A stretch of 64,000 nt of DNA from Rebecca billardiae RCC1528 (Eukaryota; Protista; Haptophyta), in assembly GCA_965240325.2 (NCBI GenBank), contig OZ251234.1:744001-808000 (forward strand). Reading direction: 5' to 3'. Positions 24,601 through 35,330 of this stretch are shown here, piece after piece (position 1 is the stretch's first letter; each line of letters starts with the position of its first letter). The notes under the pieces are model-generated. The model made no database searches and was not told the origin of the DNA. It saw nothing but the letters and a program-made list of their open reading frames with translations. Position numbers and translations under genes: made by a program.

Positions 24601-24896
24601 GCTCATGATGTTTATTCCGCCTTACCAGTTCCCCGGTCACGCAGGGGCTTATGACAGTGTCCCTGCGGACGTCGTCAGCAGCGCCGTCCGTGCGGACGAG
24701 CGGGCGGTGTCGGTCCTCAGAAACGGATGAAAAAGCGGGGGGCGGCAAACGGCGGCCGCCATACGTAACTGGCAGCGCAGCTTCGCCTGCAGCTCTGCAG
24801 GCAGTACCGGGTACTTCGACCATCCGGACGGTTGGAGCCAACCGCCTGGAGAGGAAAAGAAATCGTGCACGTAGGGAATTCGGGATTAATACAACA
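21682..24896 (-). mobile_element. Ty1/copia LTR retrotransposon, internally deleted (3.2 kb)
   Basis: Two 291-bp LTRs (21682-21972, 24606-24896) with TG..CA ends; 5-bp TSD GTTAC on both sides; G-rich PPT next to the 3' LTR. Confidence 0.95.
21986..24570 (-). pseudogene. Copia pol remnant: integrase C-terminal scraps, RT (frameshift near 23520) and RNase H
   Basis: [70 protein letters not shown]; the RT start PTTWDEAMKS..W lies in another frame. Confidence 0.9.
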
Positions 24897-25049
24897 GTTA
24901 CGTAAACCAAAGTAGCACTACTTAGCCCCGACTACCTATCATCCCCTGCAGACGGGCACCACAGTTTATTCGTAGTTTTATCGTGCGTAAGGCTCACGGT
25001 GGCAGGTTGCCGCGCCATCCTTCATCGCACGCTCTCCGAAGAGAGACCT

Positions 25050-25117
25050 GGAAACTGGTTTGAACCCATGACTTCAGACGCAAGAGCACGCCAGTACTCC
25101 CACTCGGCCACAGACCG
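25050..25117 (-). other. tRNA-derived Pol III promoter-like sequence (possible SINE head or tRNA pseudogene)
   Basis: Minus strand has A-box TGGCCGAGTGG and B-box GGTTCAAACC at tRNA-like spacing; no clean cloverleaf. Confidence 0.5.
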
Positions 25118-26322
25118 GCGTTACAGTTTACTATGATTTAACGTGCACACTTGGTTAAGGCGTGATTGACGCCATCCAACACTGCACAAAGACACCGCCA
25201 CAAAACAGACCGGCGCAGGCAGGTGAGGGGCGACCCGTTGCACGGGTGAGTAACCGTGAGCGTATGAAAAAACGACATGCGTATGAAATGTCGGTTTTGT
25301 CACTCGCGCTGCCGCATGGCTGACGCCCGCGCCGATCCGAGCGGAATGGGGCATTGCGAAGCCGATTCGCAATGCCCCAATCCAATCGGCATGTCAATCG
25401 ACCCAACCGTCGCTGAGAACGAACGACAAAACCCAAGGCAGGTGCCCACCAAGCGACGCCGCCCGCGCGCCGGCAGCGTGAACGCGCGGGAGCGCAGAGG
25501 TGGCCAATGCAGAAGGCATCAGCCAATGCTGCTGCCTTCGGCAAGCGCGCCACCTCAGCGTCAGCATCGGGTGGGACCGTGACGATATATGCCCCGGATG
25601 CGGCTCCAGCCAAACGCCCTCGACACGGGGAGCCGCCATCGGCAGCGAGCGCGCCACGGATACATACACGTGCTGTCCTCGTGAACGAGGATTCAGGAGA
25701 CGAGGCGCCGGCGGCTCGGCCCGCGATGCGCAGGCAGGCTGGAGTGGCTCACGCTGCGATCGCGTGTACGGGTACAGAAGGCGTGCGCACGCAACCACAC
25801 CGCCTACGTGAAGCGCGTGGGCAAGCTGCTGAAGCTCTCACGATGCGTGCGCGCCTTCCTTCTCACCTCTGCGCTCGCCGACCGCTGCCTTCCGCGCGGC
25901 AGACACCGGGGGACACCTGCCACCTGGCGCGCACGACGCAGCGTGTAACGCAGAAGGTGGTAGATCCGCTGCCACGCTCCCGCTGCCGCTGCTGCCGGCG
26001 GCAGCGGCATGCCCGAGGCGGCGACGGTGACTATCACTGCCAAAGTGTCGTTTTTTCGGCGCTCACGCGTGCAACTGGTCGGGCGCGTTGCCGCACCTCA
26101 TCGAGGCGGCCATTGCAGCACAGTATGCCCCCACCAAAGGACCATCAAATACCCCCCCACTGATCAATTGTCATTGCGTGTAACTAACCGTCCTACTTCA
26201 CACATTAATCAAGGGAGGAATCAAACTATCAAGACGAAAATAGCCTTGAAACGGTGGGGTGATGTTTGTATCAAACTTGTAACCGCGTCAAACTTCACTC
26301 TCTCTCTCTCTCTATATATATA

Positions 26323-27629
26323 TGACCGCGCGTTCCGCGGTCCTTTTCTGCATAGAATCAACGCAGTTGCCTGAGTTGGGGGCCCGCGGTGGCCGTGCAA
26401 TCGCGGCTCTCTGCCGTAGTGGCAGTTCGCCAGTTGAAGTCGGTTCTGAGATGACTGAAGAGTCAAGAGTACAGTCTAACTATTAGTCCGACCGTCGCCC
26501 TGCCTGCGATCCCGCGAGACTCATTCACACTTCACACAAAGTCACAGCAGCGGACCTGAGACCGCACCCGGCACCCGTCAAATCGGACGTCCCGCGTCCG
26601 TCTGACAACTAGCTGATGCCAAATGTCCAACTGGCTGATCAGCTCGGATCCGACCCGTCCGCGATCGTGCCATCGGCATCGGACGTCCGCCTGACAACTT
26701 TTACTATAGCTGCCAAACTGTCCAACTCTGGCTGATCAGCTCGGATCCGACCCGTCCGCGATCGTGCCGAGTGAGTCGTGCCGCGGAGCTCGGAGTACTG
26801 AAGGAGTCGGGTGTGACGCCAGGGTGCTTTAGCGCTGCGGCCCGTGCCAGCCAACGACGACCAGACGTACTCTGGCCACTAGACCCGTTGCACGGGGGAG
26901 TGACCGCTGTGACCGTACGCCTTGCTACCGCGCGCGCCGCGCGACTCGGGGTGATGGAGAGCGGATGGCGACAGCAGCAGCAGTCCTCATGAAGACGATG
27001 AAGCTGGCGGCACGGGTGCACGAGGTGGCAGGCGAAAGCGCGCCGACGAGACCGCATTTGACACACCTGAGCCGCACGCGCGTGCCGTCGCCGAGCCGGC
27101 TGCAAACGCAACTACCGCGCGCGCCACGACGGCGCGGCACTAGCTGATGCAGGCCGTACTGCCGGCACTGCTTCTGCGATCATGCGCCACGGTCGCAGCT
27201 GACTGCGTGAGCAGCAAGCGGGAGGCGGGTCCGGAGGCACGTGCAGGCGCGCGCGCAGCCAGGGGTTGGTCCCATCCGCCATCGTGCGCCGGGCACGTCA
27301 CCTCCGATCCGGATGTGGCCAGTCCGGACGTCACGCGATCCGGGACGACGAATACGATTCGCTCGTAACGAACCGTTACGTTAAAGTCACGTCCGGCTCA
27401 CACGCAGATCGCACTTTACTTAGGGAATACTTCGTGGGCGCGGTCTTTTCTCGCCGAATGATGAACGTCTCTATGCGGTCTCAAAAAATCGAACTACTCG
27501 GCGGTCTCCACCTCCCTGTTTTCGCCCCGGCCCCGGGCCCTTTTTTCTTTGATCAAAGATCTTTTTGAAACGTGGTTCGGGCCCGCACTGCGGGCTCCAC
27601 GCTGCGCGCTCCGCCCTGCACCGCGGGCC
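26323..27629 (-). mobile_element. Helentron/HINE-like element, copy D
   Basis: 5' motif ends at 27629; 3' hairpin and subterminal repeat at about 26324-26390, bordered by (TA)n then (CT)n; internal tandem duplication at about 26615-26770. Confidence 0.72.
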
Positions 27630-27890
27630 ATAATATTGCCCGTTTCGGCAGTGAGCTCTCCGTGCACACGCCCGCCGGCCACGCTTTACTTATGGGGAAT
27701 CTTGTGGACGTGCCCGTTTTCGACTCTATAATCAGTGTCAAAGGGGGTCTCAAAAAGTGTCAAACTCGGTTTTCGCCAGCCCTAAAAATCGCCCCCTGTC
27801 ACTTTTTTCTTGATCAAAGATCTTTTTGAAACGTGGTTAGGGCCCGCAGTGCGGGCTCCACGCTGTGCGCTCCGTCCTGCACCTCGGGCC
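27630..27890 (-). mobile_element. HINE-like 5' end (copy E), abutting or interrupted by copy D
   Basis: Same 5' stem-loop and TTGATCAAAGATCTTTTTGAAACGTGGTT subterminal block. Confidence 0.7.
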
Positions 27891-27895
27891 ATCAA

Positions 27896-28870
27896 TCAGG
27901 CGCCCAAACCTGTCCGCTGCTTGCGGATATGCACCACTGTGTTGTGATGCTTGGCACCCACCCACTTGTTGCCAATATCAGTGGTGTGAACCATGCAGCC
28001 CCGCCGCCAGATCAGTCGCACGATCTCATCTGTGGGTGTGTAGTGCATTTGCAGATTGCCGCGCGCGATCGAGCCATCGATGTCACATGGGCCCCGCAAG
28101 GGGAGGCTCTTTGAGGGAGTGTTGCCCAGGGCATCAGATGACGGGACTTGAAACCAACCAACGCCACCCGGCGCGAGCACGTCGCACAGCTGCTCCATGT
28201 ACGCGGCCTGCAACGGTGCAACCATGTGCTGCAGCACAATGACCGAGTGCACCACGTCGTACCGCTGCCCACGCACGGCTCGAAGCAAGTCCACATCACT
28301 GAGCACGAACTCCACGTCGCCGTCCCCGGGGCGCTTCCGTGCCTGCCACTCCTCCTTGGCGATGCGGAGGTGGTTGACTGATTGGTCGACACAGGCCACC
28401 TGGCGGACAGCGCTTAGATGCGCGAATGCAAAGGCCAGGCGACCCAGTCCGCAGCCAAAGTCCAGCACGTTAAGGTGCTTGGCACCGTCTCCACGAAGCT
28501 GCAGCTCCCGAAAGACGTACTTGACGTGGTTGCCGCCCGACTTGTAGAAGCGAAGCTTATCGTCCTTCGAGATGGTCTTCGTTTGCGGCAAATCCGTAAG
28601 CACGGACCACCACGCGCGATCTCGCCCGAGGATATTCCACTCGACCGCGTGAGCTGCGAAGGGGCGGTAGAGCGACGCAACCGTCTGGTTCGTCATGCAG
28701 AAGAGCGATTCGAAATGGCGCACCCGGCCGTCGCGCTCGAAGAGCGCCGAGAGCTCCGCATGTTCGCTCGGGGCCATCGCCACCGTTTTGTACAGCTGCG
28801 AGGGCTGGCCGCGACAGACTGCAAGTGCCGCGACGATCAGCAAGGCGGTTCTGGAGGAGGTGGTGCACAT
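27896..28870 (-). CDS. Class I SAM-dependent methyltransferase with N-terminal signal peptide
   Basis: VLDFGCGLGRL motif I, VDQS, YDVVHSVIVLQHM, VLAPGG; hydrophobic N-terminus ALLIVAALAVCRG. Confidence 0.9.
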   Translation of the reverse strand: MCTTSSRTALLIVAALAVCRGQPSQLYKTVAMAPSEHAELSALFERDGRVRHFESLFCMTNQTVASLYRPFAAHAVEWNILGRDRAWWSVLTDLPQTKTISKDDKLRFYKSGGNHVKYVFRELQLRGDGAKHLNVLDFGCGLGRLAFAFAHLSAVRQVACVDQSVNHLRIAKEEWQARKRPGDGDVEFVLSDVDLLRAVRGQRYDVVHSVIVLQHMVAPLQAAYMEQLCDVLAPGGVGWFQVPSSDALGNTPSKSLPLRGPCDIDGSIARGNLQMHYTPTDEIVRLIWRRGCMVHTTDIGNKWVGAKHHNTVVHIRKQRTGLGA

Positions 28871-29389
28871 GACTTGATGCCTGCAAAACCCAGGTCGTCT
28901 TGCTCGAGGGTAGGAAGGCAGAGGACCAACCCCACAAGGGCGGGCGGCGGCGCTCGGCGGGCGGCGGCGTAGCGGTCACGCTCGTGTACTGGTCTGTTTT
29001 GTGGCCTTGGCGGCCTGCAGAACTACGACTCCGGCTCGGGGGCCGCCGGGGGTTTGGGAGTTTGGCGGTGGTAAGGATTTTCCGAAAAAAGTCGGCGGCC
29101 GCTTTTTCGGAATAAAATCGCGGGACCGGGCGGACGCGATCCATGCCGCACGACGGTGATGGCCGCGCCGGGGGAGGACGCGGGACCGGAGGTGCAGCAG
29201 GCCGCAGCTGCAATTGTTGCACAACGGGGGTGGCTCGCGCCGACCAATCAGCGGCCCGGAAATCCGTCTGGGACAGGTGGGTGGCAAATGCACGTGGCTT
29301 ATGCGTCACGGGGCGTTGGATTCCAGACTGTACGTTGCCGGGCGCCAGGCGCGGGCCGGTAAGGTGGTGAGCTCACGTCCACGCTAAAC

Positions 29390-30909
29390 TCACATGATGT
29401 AGGCCTTGCGCAGCTCGGAGCGACGCACTGCCACACCCGAGCGCGGATCGACAACCACCGCCTCCGCAGCGCCGCGCGGCTCCGCAGCGCTCTCCGCCCG
29501 TGGCACTGCAGCGCCGAGCAATCCAAGCGCGGCCGCCGAGCACACGCTGCCGTCGGGCAGCACGTAGGGCGGGTTGTCCTCGTCCATCTCCCTGCCCGTG
29601 CTCGCGCACAGCAGCATCGAGCGGGTGTGGTGGGCGAGCGGCAGGCGGGTGCTCAGGTCGCGCAGCTCCGCGCAGCACGCGGGGCACGCGCGCGCGCGCA
29701 GCCCATCGTAGCCGCCGCCGCCGCCGCCCGCTGCGACGCACGTCCTGCGCGCGACGCCGGTCGGTGCGAGAGGCATGCGGGCGGCAGGGCGGCGCACGTG
29801 AGTGCGTGGGCGCCTTGCGAACAGGCGCGCGTGTGCGTGACGCTGCGCTGCGCCGCGTGTGCCGCGCGCGCACGGTGTCTTCAGCGCGGCCAGCCCCGTC
29901 GCGAGCGCGAGCAGCAGCGGCGCGTGCTGCGGCGCGCAGTGCAGCGCGCGGTGGTCGTGGCTGAACTGGCGCTCGAGCTCCGCCCACGCGCCGTCCGCAA
30001 AGAGGGAGGCGTACGCGCTGCCGGCGGCGGCGGCGGCGGCGGCATCGGGGAATGCGGCGGTCGCCATCGCGCGCTGGATCTCGCCCATGTGCGCGCTCGA
30101 GTGCGGCGGGAAGTGCGTGCGCGCGTACGCGATCGCCGCGCCCTTCTCGCCCCGCCGCACCGTCTCGACAAACTCCTGCAGCCGCAGTCTGAACTCGAGC
30201 GAGCTCTTGTGCCGGCGGAGGCGCGCGCGGTTGTCCGAGGCCCAGCCGAGCGCGGGCGCGCAGTCGCGCCGGCGCAGCGCCGCGAGGATCTCGCGCGCCT
30301 CCGCGAAGACCTCGGCGTCCACCAGTCCGTGAAGCTCGCCCGCGTCCGTGAGCGCGTCCGCCGCGACCGTGAGGCCCTGCCGGTGGCACCAGTCGGTCAG
30401 CAGCCAGTCTGTGCGCTGCTGCGCGAGGTGCGCTCCCTCGGGCGTGCTCGCGCTCGTCATGTCAAGCAGGCACACGTGCGCCAGTCGTTGCTTGCACCGC
30501 CGCACGTGCTCTTCCTGCTCGACGCGCCCGTCATCGACCTGCGCGAGCGATCGGGCGCGCCAGGTGAGGATGGTGCACGTGAGCCCCCCGTGTCGCACGA
30601 GCTCCTGCGCGCGGGCGGAGGTGTGACGTGAGGGCCATGCGGTGGGGTCGACGCACCGCCGTGCGCACGAACCTTGCGCTTCAGCCCCTGCAGCCGGCCG
30701 ACGAGATCGCCGAGCGCGCGCTTCGCGTCGCCCCGGCCGAGCGGGCCGGCATCGCCCGATTCGTGGCCGAGCGCGCAGATGTCGCTGATGATGGCGGAGA
30801 GCTCCTTCTCGATGCGCCGTTGGCTTGAGCGGCAGCTGGCGCTTAGCTTCTCCGCAGGCACGCGGAGGAGCGGCTGGTCGAGCTGCGGGACGAGGCCGGA
30901 GCGGCTCAT
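29390..30909 (-). CDS. MAEA: CTLH/GID E3 ligase subunit MAEA/GID9 (FYV10); introns 30539-30672 and 29745-29873
   Basis: LDQPLLRVPAEKL N-terminus, LisH/CTLH ALGWASDNRARLRRHKSSLEFRLRLQEFVE, GLAALKTP, CPAC, LPLAHHTRSMLLC..TG..MDEDNPPYVLPDG; two GT-AG introns restore the frame. Confidence 0.9.
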
Positions 30910-31219
30910 GTTCTGCCGCCCCGTCAGTCCACGGCCGGGCCCGGCCGCACGGCGCGGCACCCGCCAGGCGCCAAGCGCACTCATGATCGGGCTTCTCAAG
31001 GACATGCGGGTACGATATCAATAAGTATTCATCGATTGGGTTTCGGTTACCCGCCGCTCCAATACTAGATACTACTACTGTTTCAGGCTTGGGGCTAGTA
31101 ACTTGGCGGCAGGGGCGAGACGCTGTTATCAAGGAAGGAGGGAGCCGGGCGCAAGGGCGCCCAGCCGCATCAGTCGTGGTTCGGGGGCGCCGTGTGCGGT
31201 GCATTCGCAGGCGCAGTCG

Positions 31220-33268
31220 ATGGGCGAATGCCCTCCAGCGCACACGGACATCGCCGTCGAATCGCTCAACGCCTCCTTCAACGATGGCGCGCGTGGCGCG
31301 GGCGCGGACGCGAGGACCTCAAGCAGCGGCGCCGCCCTCGGGGCCGTGGGTGAGGCCATCCACCCATGCGCCGCACGGGTGAACGCGTCGCCCACGCGGC
31401 TGGCAGATTTCGACGCCGGGAGGCGGAACGTCCTGCGCGGCGCCCATACGCCCGCTGCCAACGCGCACTCCTCAGACCCGGCGGTCCGCAGGAAGGTGAC
31501 GTGGGCGCCATCGGCGCCGCCGATGGCCGCCGTGCTCCAGGCTCCGGACAAGCGCCCCGCCGTGCGCGAATGGCGCTGGCAGGAGGCGCAGGACGTGGCG
31601 GCGGGCGAGCAGCTGCCCGGCGCCGAGCGCGCCACCGCCCGCGCGGGCCCGCGCTCGATGCTCCTGTGCTGCGCCGTGCCGGTCGTCGCGCCAGCAGACA
31701 CGTTCGCCAACTGGGCGGGCAACCTGAGGACGGCCGTGCCGGTGAGCGCGCCGACGTGCGACGCGGAGCTGGCGAAGCTGGTCGCGCGGGCAAAGGCGGA
31801 GGCGCGCACGCTGCGCGTCGTCGGCGCCGCCCTCTCCACCTCGCCCTGCGTGTGCGACGGCGCTGAGGGCGCGCGTGCCCTCCTGCTCGCACTGAGCGCG
31901 TACTCGGAGCCGAGCCAGCCCAACCTGCACATCGACCGGGGCCGGCTGCGCGTGTGGGTGAACGCGGGGTGGACGCTGGGCAAGCTGCTCGCGCGGGTGC
32001 ACGCGCAGCACCCGCGCCTCTTCCTGCCCACGCAGCCCGCGGCGCCCGGCTCCACCATCGCCGGCGCCGTGTGCAGCTCGGTGCACGGCTGCGCGACCAA
32101 CTTTGGCCTCCTCGCCGACGCGGTGGTCGCGGTGCGCGTGCTCGGTGCCGACGGCAAGGCGCGGGTGGTGCGCGAGGAGGAGGAGCTGCGGTACCACCGC
32201 TGCGCGTTCGGCCTGCTCGGGATCGTCACGCACGTCGAGCTCCAGTTCCTCAGGCTCCACGAGTTCGTCGCGCGGCCGCGCACGGACACGCTCGCGCTGC
32301 CGCTGCAGGCGGCCGCGCTGCGCGACGCCGTGCTCACCAACGTGCGCGCCGAGCGCTGGCAGGAGTACTTCTTCAACCCGTACACCGGCCGGGTGCTGCG
32401 GCTGAGCTGGGGCATGTCCGAGCTGGTGGGCACGCCGCCGCACCCGTCGATCCGCCGGCTGAGCACGGGCGAGGTCGCCTCGTCGCACGCCACGCCCAAG
32501 GTGATGGCATGCGACGTGCTCAGCACACGCGCGGCGCCGCCGCCCGCGCAGCCAGGCGGCGGGCGGTGGACGCGCGCGGGCGTGGTCGCCGCGCTCGACC
32601 TCACGCTCACCGAGCTCGAGCGCGGGATGCGACACGTGGAGGTGTCGGCGCACGACACGTACTTCCTCGAGCACGCCGCGCCCGCCCTCTTCCTCTCGTA
32701 CTTCATCCCCGTCGACTCGGCGCTCGACAACGTGCGCGCCGCGCTCACGGTCGTCGCCGAGGTCGCCGCGTCGCTGTGCGAGGGCGCCGAGCCGGCGTAC
32801 CTCATCGACCTGCCCGTCCAGTTCCGCTTCGTGCGCGGCTCGGGACGCGCGCTGCTCTCGCCCATCTACGCGGAGGGGGTGGACGACCCCGCCGACGGGC
32901 CGCTCTACCTCGCCATCGAGCTCGCCACGCTCACTGGCCACGGGATCGACGCGTCGCTGCGTCGGCAGGAGAGCGCGCCGATGCGCGCGTGCGTCGACGC
33001 GTTCGCCCGCGTCGAGAAGGGGTGGCGCGCAATCTCGCCGGAGGCGCGGCCGCACCTGGGCACGCTGTTTGGCCTGCAGCGCGAGGTGGACGGCAGCGTG
33101 CGCCCGTTCGCACGCGACGCCGCGCGCGCTGTGCTCGACGACGAGCGCAAGGCGCGCTTCGCGGCCAAGGTGGCAGCGCTCGACCCCGACGGCGTGTTCA
33201 CGCGCAGCTGGGCGGAGCAGCTGCTCGGGAGCGGCGGCGCGCACGCTTTCAGCGCGGGTGATGGGTAG
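31220..33268 (+). CDS. FAD-linked aldonolactone oxidoreductase family protein (FAD_binding_4 plus ALO-like); start uncertain
   Basis: FANWAG, LRVVGAALSTSP, TIAGAVCSSVHG, GLLGIVTHVEL, RPHLG, LDPDGVF. Confidence 0.85.
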   Translation: MGECPPAHTDIAVESLNASFNDGARGAGADARTSSSGAALGAVGEAIHPCAARVNASPTRLADFDAGRRNVLRGAHTPAANAHSSDPAVRRKVTWAPSAPPMAAVLQAPDKRPAVREWRWQEAQDVAAGEQLPGAERATARAGPRSMLLCCAVPVVAPADTFANWAGNLRTAVPVSAPTCDAELAKLVARAKAEARTLRVVGAALSTSPCVCDGAEGARALLLALSAYSEPSQPNLHIDRGRLRVWVNAGWTLGKLLARVHAQHPRLFLPTQPAAPGSTIAGAVCSSVHGCATNFGLLADAVVAVRVLGADGKARVVREEEELRYHRCAFGLLGIVTHVELQFLRLHEFVARPRTDTLALPLQAAALRDAVLTNVRAERWQEYFFNPYTGRVLRLSWGMSELVGTPPHPSIRRLSTGEVASSHATPKVMACDVLSTRAAPPPAQPGGGRWTRAGVVAALDLTLTELERGMRHVEVSAHDTYFLEHAAPALFLSYFIPVDSALDNVRAALTVVAEVAASLCEGAEPAYLIDLPVQFRFVRGSGRALLSPIYAEGVDDPADGPLYLAIELATLTGHGIDASLRRQESAPMRACVDAFARVEKGWRAISPEARPHLGTLFGLQREVDGSVRPFARDAARAVLDDERKARFAAKVAALDPDGVFTRSWAEQLLGSGGAHAFSAGDG

Positions 33269-33576
33269 CGTGATGCGGCTGCCGCGCCGGGACGATGATG
33301 ATGGCGAGGGCTGCGCTGGCCGCGCTGTGACCCGTCGCAACTAGTCTGAGCTGTCGCGGACGCCGTCGTCGTAGTTATCTCCGCGGTGCGCGCAGCCGAG
33401 TACTGAGTACTGTTGGCAGTGTTACCACTCGAGACCCCTCATTGGGAACGGATAACTCGACGGGTGGGCGCGGGCAAAGGCGGCTCGATGGCCGCATCCC
33501 GACGCATGGACGTGTTCTCCTCGTCGTGCTCGACACGGCAATACCGGTCTCGCCGCCGCCGGATGTCCCGTTGGAG

Positions 33577-33972
33577 GTGCCACGGGCAGCAACGCGCCTG
33601 GCGGCGTGGGCGGCGGTGCGGGCGGCAGCGCGGGCATCCGGTGCGAGCACCCGCCGGCGCCGTCCGTGCCCAGGGTCGCCGCTCGGCTGCCAGGGGCGAG
33701 CAACTGACGCTGTCATGCCGATCCTATGTAGCCGTCCCTGGCGCGGATCCTATGGCATATAGGATCGCGCGCGCGCGCGCGGTCGCGCGCGCGCGCGCGC
33801 GACCGCCGTGGCAGTGGCGGCAGGCGGAGATGGTGTGTGTCGACAGCCGGTGGAGTTGTGTGTACGATATAGCAACACCGATGATCGTATGCGCAAAACT
33901 GAGCCGCTGGCGCTCTGGTGAACTCATCCTATGCCATAGGATCAGATCCTATCTGTTGCAGTGGGATATCCG
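33577..33972 (-). mobile_element. Partial copy of the CGGATATC-ended TIR element
   Basis: Inverted homology to 59512-59912; ends CAGTGGGATATCCG; TCCTAT/ATAGGA subterminal repeats. Confidence 0.75.
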
Positions 33973-35330
33973 ATGAGTGCGCGGCGCGCTGCGCGGTGGC
34001 GGTGCGTTGCTGAGTGCCGGTGGGTGTCTGGGTGGGCCGGCGGTGGGGCGCGTGCGCGGGCACGCGCGCCGCCATGGCCGCGCCGGCCGGCCTGGCGAGG
34101 TTCGCAGAGGCAGCCGCCGACTTGATCGAGGTCACGTACTTCTCGAATGACTCCGACTCGATCGAGCCAGCCTCGGTGAGCGCAACGAGCTGCGGGTAGC
34201 GCTGCTGCGTGAGGTGGAGAGCGAGAATGAGTGTCAGTGAGGAGCAGTTGAAAACGTCTGGCCCCAGTTCCAGCTGGTTGAACTCGCTGAGCGTCTGATG
34301 CTCGTAGGTGGCGATCCAGTTGTCGACGTTGGCGTGAGAGGTGAGCGGCTTCAGCGAGAGGAGCTCGGTCAGCTTGAGCCGCCCAGTCGTCAACGGCGAG
34401 CGCCGAGAGTTGACGACGAGGTAGTGGTGCACGTCCGCGAACGTCGGGCGGTGAGGGAGACTTGCGTGGATCGCGTCGGCCAATCCGCTCGACATCGAGT
34501 CCGTGAGGAGCGTCTTCATGAGAATGCCCGAGATGTTGAGGTACACGAACTGGCGATGGGCCTTGAGGCGGATCGATACCGCCTTGACGCGCAAATCGAG
34601 CTGCTGGAGCTCGTCCTCCACATCGCCTGCGACAGACAGAGAGAGGGGCTGGAGGAAGGGGCGCGGCTGAGCCGCGCGGCGCACGGCGGACGCGCGGACG
34701 CGTCGTCGTCATGCTCCTCCTCCGAGTCGTCCGAGTTGGAGGTGGAGAGCGGGGAATACGCGCGCGGAGTGATCGGTTCCGGGGCGTACATCTTGGGCGT
34801 GCCAATGGCGGACGCCGGCTCGAAGTCCAGGCCACGCCGCGCGCGCGTCCGCGCCGCCAGCGTGCCAAAAATTGACTCGGTGATCAAATCATGCTCCACC
34901 TGGAGCTGAGCGATGCGCTCGAGGGACTCCTCGTCCTGGGTGAGCGAACGCGAGAGTGGGTTCTTGGGGTCCTCAAACATCATCACCTCGACCGAGGCCC
35001 CCTCGAGCTTGAGGAGGGCCTTGATTGAGCGCGCGCGCGTCGGATGCGACTGCTGAGATCGCGTCACTGGTTGATCTCAGTCCGCACGCGCGCGGCAGTC
35101 AAGTCGCTGTGAGTCGTGAGGGGCTTCGACGTCTTGCATGGGATCCTTCAGGTGCCCACCAGAGGCCATGCCGTAGGCGTTCGAGCGCGCCGATACCAAC
35201 TGAGACATTAGTTACTGTATAGGGCTCTCGAAACGAAGGCGTGTTCTGGTGAACACAGCTTTAAACAATTTTAATTCGTGACATGCAAAGCCCTGGGAGA
35301 CCCAGCTCCGACCCCCTTTAATTGTTGTCA
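33973..35330 (-). mobile_element. Truncated LTR retrotransposon 5' part: putative LTR 35201-about 35330, PBS and frameshifted gag-like ORF
   Basis: Minus strand reads ..TGTCTCA-GT-TGGTATCGGCGC (tRNA-iMet-like PBS), then ORF pieces 35067-34516 and 34684-33973 with weak gag-like character. Confidence 0.55.

Larger units (their letters stand above)
20675..24948 (-). mobile_element. hAT DNA transposon relic interrupted by a copia element
   Basis: Termini CAGGGCATG.. and ..CATCCCCTG; degenerate 8-bp TSD GAGACTGG/CAGACGGG; subterminal AGCTAAGTAGT/ACTACGTAGT repeats; hAT dimerisation-domain fragment. Confidence 0.75.
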
